Shown piece after piece: positions 19,616 through 26,944 of a DNA stretch of 64,000 nucleotides. The notes beneath the pieces are model-generated. The model did no database searches. It was not told where the DNA came from and saw nothing but the letters and a program-made list of their open reading frames with translations. Source of the DNA: Candidatus Berkelbacteria bacterium (GTDB lineage Bacteria > Patescibacteriota > UBA1384 > UBA12157); NCBI GenBank assembly GCA_037127955.1, contig JBAXXI010000001.1:9217-73216 (forward strand), in the 5' to 3' direction. Every line of letters starts with the position of its first letter. Position 1 is the stretch's first letter. The position numbers and the translations under genes were made by a program.

Positions 19616-21430
19616 TTATTTTCGATTTTTAGCACGCGCACTGCCATTTAAAATCTTTTTTCGAAGTCGAATACTTTTTGGTGTTGCCTCTAAAAGTTCA
19701 TCGTCTTCCAAAAAGTCTAAAGATTGCTCAAGAGATAAAATGGTTGGCGGCGTTAAAATAACTGAGAAATCTGAGCTCGATGCACGAACGTTAGTTTGCT
19801 TCTTTTCTTTTGCGACATTAATTTCAATATCTTCTTCACGAGAATTAATACCAATAATCATACCTTCATAAACTTCGGTTTGTGGCGGAATAAAGGTAAT
19901 ACCGCGACCCTGAGCAATATCTAAACCATAAGTAACAGCCTTGCCCGGACCAGAAGCGATTAAAACACCGTTTCTTAATTTTGGAATATCGGCACCAACA
20001 GGATCAAACCTTAAAAACATGGAGTTCATAATAGCTGTACCTTTAGTTAAAGTCAAAAGCTGATTACGAAGTCCTAATAAACCACGAGTTGAAATTTCAA
20101 ACAAAATACGAGTCGAGCCATCAGCGTTTTCATCTTGACTAAGCATAATACCTTTACGACGACCGACTTCAGCCACCACCGGACCAACCTTATCGGTATC
20201 AACATCAATCGTCAATTCCTCAACTGGCTCAGAAAGAACGCCGTCAATCATTTTATTGATAACTTGAGGCTTAGAAACTTGCATTTCAAAACCCTCACGA
20301 CGAAGCGTTTCAATGAAAACCGAAAGATGAAGCTCACCACGACCTGACAAAATAAATTCACCGTCTTTTTCTTCTAATTTTAAAGCCACATTAGTTTGTA
20401 ATTCTTTTTTAATTCGATCTAAAATCTGGCGACCAGTCACAAATTGACCTTCACGACCAGCAAACGGTGAGGTATTGGCTGAAAGCGCCATTCTTAAAGT
20501 CGGCTCTTCAATTTTAATAGTTGGCAAAGCTTCAGGATTTTGCGCATCAGCAATCGTATTACCAATACCAGCGTTTTTTACACCGGTAATAGAAACGATA
20601 TCGCCTGAAGTCGCTTGAGGTAATTCAATTCTTTTTAAACCCTGACTTGAATAAACTTTTTCAATTCTGGCGGTTTCTTTCTCACCGTCTTTATTGATCA
20701 GAACAACACTTAAGCCAGGCTTGGCAATGCCGCGATTAATACGACCGATTGCATATTTGCCCTGAAAATTATCCCAATCAAGTGCGCTGACCAACATCTG
20801 GAAAGGTTCGTCATCAGCTTCTTTTGGTGCTGGCACGTATTCTAAAATAGCTTCGAAAATACAAGTTAAATCGGCTGGTTCAGTTGGATCGACCGGCATT
20901 TCATGCCAGGCTTTACCTTCACGACCAATGGCATAATAAACCGGAAATTCTAATTGATCGTCGGTTGTAGCCAAATCTAAAAACAAATCATGGATTTTAT
21001 TAATCGTACTTGGAATATCAGCGTCACGTTTGTCAATTTTATTAATAACGACTATCAGTCTTAAACCAAGTTCCATCGCTTTTTTAAGTACAAATTTAGT
21101 CTGTGGCATTGGCCCTTCTTGAGCATCAACCACTAAAATGGCGCCATCGGCCATATTAAGAGTTCGTTCGACTTCTCCACCAAAATCAGCATGTCCTGGA
21201 GTGTCGATAATATTAATTTTTGTATCATTAAAATTTACAGCTGTATTTTTAGCTAAAATTGTAATACCGCGTTCGCGCTCTTGATCATTTGAATCCATAA
21301 TCAAAACCTGAGACATTTCTGCCTCATTATCACGGAAAGTTTTAGATTGTTTTAATAGCCCATCGACTAGAGTAGTTTTACCATGGTCAACGTGAGCAAT
21401 AATCGCAACGTTTCTTATGTTCATAAACAC
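19616..21430 (-). CDS. typA: Translational GTPase TypA/BipA
   Basis: IAHVDHGKTTLVD, ERERGITI, DTPGH, NKID, GRGELHL, C-terminal TPKSIRLRK. Confidence 0.96.
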   Translation of the reverse strand: MFMNIRNVAIIAHVDHGKTTLVDGLLKQSKTFRDNEAEMSQVLIMDSNDQERERGITILAKNTAVNFNDTKINIIDTPGHADFGGEVERTLNMADGAILVVDAQEGPMPQTKFVLKKAMELGLRLIVVINKIDKRDADIPSTINKIHDLFLDLATTDDQLEFPVYYAIGREGKAWHEMPVDPTEPADLTCIFEAILEYVPAPKEADDEPFQMLVSALDWDNFQGKYAIGRINRGIAKPGLSVVLINKDGEKETARIEKVYSSQGLKRIELPQATSGDIVSITGVKNAGIGNTIADAQNPEALPTIKIEEPTLRMALSANTSPFAGREGQFVTGRQILDRIKKELQTNVALKLEEKDGEFILSGRGELHLSVFIETLRREGFEMQVSKPQVINKMIDGVLSEPVEELTIDVDTDKVGPVVAEVGRRKGIMLSQDENADGSTRILFEISTRGLLGLRNQLLTLTKGTAIMNSMFLRFDPVGADIPKLRNGVLIASGPGKAVTYGLDIAQGRGITFIPPQTEVYEGMIIGINSREEDIEINVAKEKKQTNVRASSSDFSVILTPPTILSLEQSLDFLEDDELLEATPKSIRLRKKILNGSARAKNRK

Positions 21431-21574
21431 CTTTAGATAAATTAAAAAACACTGGTGAGTGTTTGCCGAAAATCGACTTTTGATTTTTACGAGGTCAATA
21501 GTTGAATTTTACTCCTTTTTTCTTCATTTGTCAATGATTTTAAGATATAATATAATTAATAGTAAAAGGAGCGT

Positions 21575-21826
21575 ATGCAAGAATACAATCAAAAAACACT
21601 TGAAGATAAGCTTGATCGACATCATAAGCTTATGCATCAAAACATTAAAACTATGGCTTGGTACAGAGTTTTTGGTCGAGGCGTTATTGCCGGTCTCGGA
21701 GCCTCTATTGGCGCCGCTATCGTTATATCAGGCTTGATCTACATACTTAACCATCTTGAATTTGTACCATTCATGAATCAGTTTGTAGAGAAAACTAAAA
21801 TAATTCTCGAACACGCCAGAAGATAA
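21575..21826 (+). CDS. Small membrane protein (DUF5665-like)
   Basis: FGRGVIAGLGASIGAAIV glycine-rich TM; AAAGGAG RBS. Confidence 0.65.
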   Translation: MQEYNQKTLEDKLDRHHKLMHQNIKTMAWYRVFGRGVIAGLGASIGAAIVISGLIYILNHLEFVPFMNQFVEKTKIILEHARR

Positions 21827-21841
21827 ATAAAAATTGATATT

Positions 21842-21870
21842 AAAAAAGTCCGTAGAAACTCTACGGACTT
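21842..21870. terminator. Intrinsic terminator downstream of glgC
   Basis: aagtccgtag-aaact-ctacggactt with an adjacent A run (U tail on the minus strand). Confidence 0.75.
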
Positions 21871-21875
21871 GTTAG

Positions 21876-23033
21876 TTATGCGATCATAGTGATTCCATGT
21901 TCGCGACGATACTCTCCCTGATAATCGATTTTTTCAGGAGTAATGATTGTGTTTGGCGGAATAACAATTCCGCTGCCAATAATCACTTGTTCTAAATGGG
22001 ACCCATGCCCAATTTTCGAATTATAATGGACAATCGCTCCATTTAAATTCACGTCGGTTTCGATCACTACGCCAGGCGACAACACCACTTTAGTCAACAT
22101 GCTTTTACTCACCGTACAACCACTGGAGATAATAGCTCCATCGGTTACTACAGCATCATGAATATTGGCCGGCGGCAAAACTAATTGTCTAAAGCATAAA
22201 TCCGAATTAAATGGATTTATATAAGGATTAAAAACCGGTTTACTACCAAGTAAATCCTTAATATGAAAATTATAGTATGATTTGAAATCACCTAAATCTT
22301 CCCAGTAACCGGTAAAATAATAGGCAAACACTTTAGCGCCTTGCTCTAAAATCATCGGAATAACATCTTTGCCAAAATCATCACGACCATTACCATTAGC
22401 ACAAATTGACTCTAATGCTTTGATCAGAAAATCAGCTTTAAAAACATATATCCCCATCGAAGCTAAAGCCTTTTCAGGGTGACCAGGCATTGATTTTGGT
22501 TCATCTGGTTTTTCGTCGAAATGACGAACCTTATGATCCTCATCCACTTCCAGTACACCTAAACTTTTGGCGGCACGTTCTCTTGGGACAGGCATAGCCA
22601 TAATGACAACATCAGCATGTTTTGAAAGACAAAACTTCCAAACTTTTTCATAGTCAATCCAAGTGGCATGGTCGGCAGCCGTTATAATCACGTGACTACA
22701 ACCACTGGCCTTAATTTTTGCCAAATTACAAAAAGCCGCATGAGCCGTACCCTTATAGGTATGACCCTTAGTCGACGGCACAGTTTGCAAACTCACCGAA
22801 TGATCCAGAATTGGTCGCCAATACTTCTGTATATAATCCTCGATCGATTGATGTTGATACTGAGTATAAACATCAATTTGCTGAAAATTACAACCCAAGA
22901 GAGCACCAAGCGCTAACGAAAGTGTATTGGTTGTCCCAGCAATTGGTACAACCGGTTTGGCCATATTCTGAGTCAGCAACTTCAAACGCGTGCCGGTACC
23001 TCCGGCTAGAACTGCTGCAAAAACTGATTTCAT
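21876..23033 (-). CDS. glgC: Glucose-1-phosphate adenylyltransferase (ADP-glucose pyrophosphorylase), divergent
   Basis: LAGGTGTRL...AKP, YKGTA, FDEKP, ASMGIYVF, DFGKDVIP, YWEDLG, C-terminal beta-helix. Confidence 0.82.
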   Translation of the reverse strand: MKSVFAAVLAGGTGTRLKLLTQNMAKPVVPIAGTTNTLSLALGALLGCNFQQIDVYTQYQHQSIEDYIQKYWRPILDHSVSLQTVPSTKGHTYKGTAHAAFCNLAKIKASGCSHVIITAADHATWIDYEKVWKFCLSKHADVVIMAMPVPRERAAKSLGVLEVDEDHKVRHFDEKPDEPKSMPGHPEKALASMGIYVFKADFLIKALESICANGNGRDDFGKDVIPMILEQGAKVFAYYFTGYWEDLGDFKSYYNFHIKDLLGSKPVFNPYINPFNSDLCFRQLVLPPANIHDAVVTDGAIISSGCTVSKSMLTKVVLSPGVVIETDVNLNGAIVHYNSKIGHGSHLEQVIIGSGIVIPPNTIITPEKIDYQGEYRREHGITMIA

Positions 23034-23130
23034 TTTTGCCCCCCTTTTTTTTCTATACTAAATTTTTCACGTACGAATGTCTATTTTACACGATTTTTGT
23101 CAAATTGTCAAGACAAAATCAAGATAATAC

Positions 23131-23160
23131 AAAAAACCAGCGCTTTCACGCTGATTTTTT
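23131..23160 (-). terminator. Terminator downstream of tRNA-His
   Basis: Minus strand: tcagcg-tgaaag-cgctgg followed by a T run. Confidence 0.65.
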
Positions 23161-23203
23161 GATAAATTACACTTCTTTTAAATCTGATAGTATTAGAAGT
23201 TAA

Positions 23204-23280
23204 TGGGGTGGCTGACCGGACTCGGACCGGCGACAGCTTGGACCACAACCAAGTGCTCTACCAACTGAGCTACAGCCACC
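23204..23280 (-). tRNA. tRNA-His(GUG) with encoded G-1 and CCA; T-loop UCCGAGU (C55)
   Basis: Cloverleaf G-GTGGCTG...CTTGG-TTGTGGT-CCAAG...GCCGG-TCCGAGT-CCGGT-CAGCCAC-C-CCA; upstream TTGATA-17-TATGAT promoter. Confidence 0.95.
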
Positions 23281-23342
23281 ATACGATATGACCTAAATAT
23301 CTATTAAATCATACCATAAATTTACGTTTTTATCAAGAAATA

Positions 23343-24368
23343 CTAAATATTATTTGACCGATGGTAAATATAATTTTCAGTTTCTTCGACAATTTTTTTC
23401 ATGGTTTTCAAAGCTTCGACAGGATACTCACCAATTGTAGTTTCATTTGAAAGCATCACGGCATCGGTTCCGTCAAAAACCGCATTAGCAATATCAGTCA
23501 CTTCGGCACGAGTTGGAAAAGCACAATGAGTCATAGTCGAAAGCATATGAGTAGCAGTTACAACCGGTGTACCATCATAATTGCAACGTTTAATGATTTG
23601 TTTTTGAATAATCGGCAATCTTTCGATTGGCATTTCCACACCCAAATCACCGCGAGCCACCATAATTCCATCGGATAAAGTAATGATCGAATCAATATTA
23701 TCTAGCGCTACAGCAGTTTCAATCTTGCACATAATTTTAGCTTTGCTTTTACCCATCAAACTCTTCAAAAGCTTAACATCTTCCACGGTTTGAACAAACG
23801 AAATAGCAATCCACTCTGGTTCTTTGGTTAAGATAAACTCTAAATCGGCTCGGTCTTTATCGGTCAAGCTTGAAGTTGTAGTCACGGTTAAAGGCAAATT
23901 AACACCTTTTTTAGGATAGATTTCACCACCATGCAAAACTTTGCAAGTAATTTTATGATTTTCCACACTCAAAACTATCAATTCGATCGTACCATCATCA
24001 ATCAAAATTAAATCTTTTGGCTTAACATCAGTATGAATATATGGATCCATAATCATGATTTCTTTTGATTTACAATCATTACAAACAGAGCTGGTCAAAA
24101 CAACGATATCGCCATCGTGAACCTTTCTTGGCGCGTTTTCAAAAGGGGCCGTTCTGATTTTTGGACCCTGTAAATCACAAAGAATAGCCACTTTTTTATC
24201 GAGTTTTTTAGCCCATTTTCGAATATTATCAATTCTCTTGGCATGATTTTCATGACTATCGTGAGAAAAGTTAAGTCTGGCAATATTCATGCCATTCTCG
24301 ATTAACTCTTTGATTTTTTCTTCTGATTCAGTATTTGGACCAATTGTGCAAATAATTTTTGTACGCAT
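23343..24368 (-). CDS. pyk: Pyruvate kinase lacking the C-terminal regulatory domain
   Basis: TKIICTIGP, ARLNFSH, DLQGPKIR, KIE, MVARGDLGVE, PTRAEVTD, DAVMLSNET; 341 aa from ATG 24368. Confidence 0.93.
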   Translation of the reverse strand: MRTKIICTIGPNTESEEKIKELIENGMNIARLNFSHDSHENHAKRIDNIRKWAKKLDKKVAILCDLQGPKIRTAPFENAPRKVHDGDIVVLTSSVCNDCKSKEIMIMDPYIHTDVKPKDLILIDDGTIELIVLSVENHKITCKVLHGGEIYPKKGVNLPLTVTTTSSLTDKDRADLEFILTKEPEWIAISFVQTVEDVKLLKSLMGKSKAKIMCKIETAVALDNIDSIITLSDGIMVARGDLGVEMPIERLPIIQKQIIKRCNYDGTPVVTATHMLSTMTHCAFPTRAEVTDIANAVFDGTDAVMLSNETTIGEYPVEALKTMKKIVEETENYIYHRSNNI

Positions 24369-24438
24369 ATTTACCTTTCTCAATATTAACCTTATGTGAT
24401 ACAAAAAATCAGCCAATGCTGTTTCTTTGTAAATTTTA

Positions 24439-24515
24439 TGGTGCCCCAGGAGGGATTCGAACCCCCGACCTAAACGTTAGAACCGTCCCGCTCTAATCCA
24501 CTGAGCTACTGGGGC
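24439..24515 (-). tRNA. tRNA-Arg(UCU)
   Basis: GCCCCAG acceptor, A20 in the D loop, anticodon loop GTTCTAA, GGTTCGAAT, encoded CCA. Confidence 0.9.
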
Positions 24516-24519
24516 ATTT

Positions 24520-24593
24520 TGGAGCGGGTGAAGAGAATCGAACTCTCGTAGCAAGTTTGGAAAACTTGTGCTCTACCATTGAGCTACACCCGC
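24520..24593 (-). tRNA. tRNA-Gly(UCC)
   Basis: GCGGGTG acceptor, CAAGT-TTTCCAA-ACTTG anticodon arm, U73, CCA. Confidence 0.95.
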
Positions 24594-24626
24594 CCGCACA
24601 CTTCATATATTTCTATTTAATTTTAA

Positions 24627-24705
<79 letters not shown>

Positions 24706-24750
24706 ACACTTTTATATTATACCTTAAAAAACTAAAAAAATCAACAATTT

Positions 24751-26244
24751 TTAAACAGCCTTCTTTTCGGTTACTCGAAAAGTTAAATATTTCCCTAGCA
24801 TCAAACGAGTTTGTGCATCAATTGCTGGAAAACTTGAGAATAAAACTGCTTGAACTGGCACTAAAAACCACTGTAAAACCATTTCGGCCATTTTACTTTT
24901 ACCATATTGCGCTGGTCGAGGCGGCAACAACAATAACGAAATCCAAACCGAAACCACAATACCAGCCCAGGTAAACGACATTAAGGTTCTGATTAAAACT
25001 AACAAATTCGCACCTAACACTGTATGACTAAACCCTGGACCAAACAATAATGGAAACCAAGCCATGATGGCAATAAAAATCGAAGCAGTTGCCCAAGAAT
25101 AATTACCCTCTAATAATCGATAAATCTTTACTGTCTTATCCCAAAATGCAATTTTTCTGTTTTTATATGATTCAATTACGACGTATGGCACATGTTCTAC
25201 ACCATAAGCCCAACGTTGTTTTTGCAAATACTGATTCTTGATCGTCCCCCAAAAATCATGAGCCAAAACTGCATCCATATACACTGGTATAAAAAGTGGC
25301 ACAGCCTTATGATCGCCATCAAAGGTAAAATAAGCTCGCCAAAATTGCCTTGAATCCTCATTAACCACACCAACTTCCCAATAATTAATCTGAATCAACA
25401 TTTTCATACTCATGGCATGCGTCGCAAAATTGACTAAACGCCATGGCCGACTTGCCTCAATCATTTGCCAAAAAGAGTTACCAAAGGCAATAATCCTACA
25501 AATCGCTGGCGCCTGCCAAATATTATTTGAATAAAGCGTAATTGGCTGGAAGCTACGTCGATCACGATTTGGCTCAATACAATAATTATAAGATAAACAT
25601 GCCAAGTATTGACGATGAATCCTAGTATCGGCATCGGCTGTTGTGACCACGGCATTATCGTAAGCAATACTTTTTTCATCTAAAAATAATCTTAATTTTT
25701 TAGCCGCCCAGGTCACATTTGCACCCTTTGCCTTATGCTCGCCAATAATTCCATCCGGGTGTTCGGTTACCAAAAACTTATAAAATTTACTACCGTATTT
25801 ATCCACCAATCTCTTAGCAATTTGACGAGCATTAGCCTTATCACGCTCCTCTGTTGCCAAAACCAAAATGACTTTTTTTAAATTATAATGCGAATCGGCT
25901 AGAGCCTGAATTGAAGTGTCTAGGGTCTCAAAACTTTCTTTATAAGTAGCCAAAATCACCACTTGATAAATCTCCCGCCAGTCCTTAATCACCTCTGTCG
26001 GCTTAACCGATTCCATTCGCCTAACCCAGTCGACATGAAGATCGTGTTTTAAATTTCGATAACCGATAATTAAATTCACGCCAATCACCAAAGATCTGTA
26101 CATCCAATAAATATCTAAAAGCAAAATGTACGTGGCCACAACTACCGGAATGAAAAAAGATAGTACGATTGGTGCAATAAAAGAAAACCATGTCGCCGCA
26201 CCTGGCAAAATTTCCAATGATCGCCATAAAAATGTTTTCTTCAT
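24751..26244 (-). CDS. Glycosyltransferase family 2, polytopic membrane protein
   Basis: KAKGAN, DADT, NEDS and QKQRW (D,D,D,QxxRW-type) motifs flanked by TM helices. Confidence 0.88.
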   Translation of the reverse strand: MKKTFLWRSLEILPGAATWFSFIAPIVLSFFIPVVVATYILLLDIYWMYRSLVIGVNLIIGYRNLKHDLHVDWVRRMESVKPTEVIKDWREIYQVVILATYKESFETLDTSIQALADSHYNLKKVILVLATEERDKANARQIAKRLVDKYGSKFYKFLVTEHPDGIIGEHKAKGANVTWAAKKLRLFLDEKSIAYDNAVVTTADADTRIHRQYLACLSYNYCIEPNRDRRSFQPITLYSNNIWQAPAICRIIAFGNSFWQMIEASRPWRLVNFATHAMSMKMLIQINYWEVGVVNEDSRQFWRAYFTFDGDHKAVPLFIPVYMDAVLAHDFWGTIKNQYLQKQRWAYGVEHVPYVVIESYKNRKIAFWDKTVKIYRLLEGNYSWATASIFIAIMAWFPLLFGPGFSHTVLGANLLVLIRTLMSFTWAGIVVSVWISLLLLPPRPAQYGKSKMAEMVLQWFLVPVQAVLFSSFPAIDAQTRLMLGKYLTFRVTEKKAV

Positions 26245-26277
26245 AGATTCAGCCTCGATTTACCACTAAATCAAACC

Positions 26278-26607
26278 TTAAAAAGCCTGACTCATGGCAA
26301 ATAGTCTTAAAAATATAATAAATAATATTTGAACTAAAGCACTACCGCCAAGCAAGATAAAACAAATCAACGTTTGTTTTCGATAAATAATATTTGATAA
26401 AAAAATGTTCAATATTAATACTGCCAAAGCGTAACTAATCGGTATAATTCCAATTAATTCCCGATAAAATTTAATATAAAGAAACCAAATGGCGCTGTTG
26501 GTCAAGAGCGATACGCCCACCAATAACCAAACCATTTTTGAACTCCAAAATGGATTTACAAAAAAATACTTGATTTGATTAGCGATAAATTTAAAAACTT
26601 TTTTCAT
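26278..26607 (-). CDS. Hypothetical membrane protein (3 TM)
   Basis: Hydrophobic ORF immediately downstream of tRNA-Thr. Confidence 0.7.
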   Translation of the reverse strand: MKKVFKFIANQIKYFFVNPFWSSKMVWLLVGVSLLTNSAIWFLYIKFYRELIGIIPISYALAVLILNIFLSNIIYRKQTLICFILLGGSALVQILFIIFLRLFAMSQAF

Positions 26608-26618
26608 ATTTTTTTATT

Positions 26619-26692
26619 TGGAGCCAATGGGCAGAATCGGACTGCCGTCGACGATTTACGAAACCGCTGCTTTACCACTAAGCTACATTGGC
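26619..26692 (-). tRNA. tRNA-Thr(CGU); T-loop UCCGAUU (C55)
   Basis: GCCAATG acceptor, GCGGT-TTCGTAA-ATCGT arm, GGCAG-TCCGATT-CTGCC, CCA. Confidence 0.92.
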
Positions 26693-26762
26693 ATTTTTTT
26701 CATCCTACAATTTATTTTGGAGCAGATAGCGGGAATCGAACCCGCATCCCATCCTAAGAATC

Positions 26763-26856
26763 TGATTTCCCAGAGCGGGATACCAGAATCGAACTGGCAT
26801 CTTATCCTTGGGAAGGACACGTTCTACCACTGAACCAATCCCGCTCTGGGAAATCA
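26763..26856. repeat. Perfect 19-bp inverted repeat (7-bp inner acceptor stem plus 12-bp extension)
   Basis: tgatttcccagagcgggat (26763-26781) and atcccgctctgggaaatca (26838-26856). Confidence 0.95.
26774..26844 (-). tRNA. Inner tRNA-Gly(CCC) nested in the insert of the outer tRNA-Gly; CCA not encoded
   Basis: GCGGGAT TG GTTC AGTGGTA GAAC G TGTCC TTCCCAA GGATA AGAT GCCAG TTCGATT CTGGT ATCCCGC T, followed by CTG. Confidence 0.88.
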
Positions 26857-26913
26857 TGGGAAGGATGTGTTCTGCCACTAAACCATATCTGCAAAATTTC
26901 TTATATTAACACT

Positions 26914-26922
26914 ATTATAGCA
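26914..26922 (-). promoter_or_regulatory. Extended -10 promoter for the nested tRNA-Gly / tRNA-Thr unit
   Basis: Minus strand TGcTATAAT, 21 bp upstream of outer tRNA position 1. Confidence 0.7.
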
Positions 26923-26944
26923 AATTTTAACCTAAAATAAAAGG

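Larger units (their letters stand above)
26718..26892 (-). tRNA. Outer tRNA-Gly(CCC), interrupted at 37/38 by a 101-nt insert (5' exon 26857-26892, 3' exon 26718-26755)
   Basis: Joining the exons gives a complete 74-nt cloverleaf: GCAGATA TG GTTT AGTGGCA GAAC A CATCC TTCCCA^A GGATG GGAT GCGGG TTCGATT CCCGC TATCTGC T CCA. Confidence 0.88.

Noticed and set aside
26575-26833. ORF-track entries 26575-26757 and 26618-26833 (+)
   Set aside because: They are antisense translations of tRNA-Thr and the nested tRNA-Gly genes.
26756-26856. Group I or group II self-splicing intron in tRNA-Gly
   Set aside because: Only 101 nt, of which 71 are a cloverleaf; no room for a ribozyme core, the 5' exon ends in A rather than U, and the insert ends in U rather than G.
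26750-26868. Canonical archaeal bulge-helix-bulge splice motif
   Set aside because: Positions 32-35 (UUCC) would need GGAA just before a 3-nt bulge at the 3' junction; the sequence there is GAUUCUU. A relaxed motif is not excluded.
26718-26892. Assembly artefact or simple tandem duplication explaining the nested tRNA
   Set aside because: The two tRNAs differ by compensated changes in three stems and the insert has unique complementary flanks, which a collapsed repeat would not create. Read mapping is still advisable.
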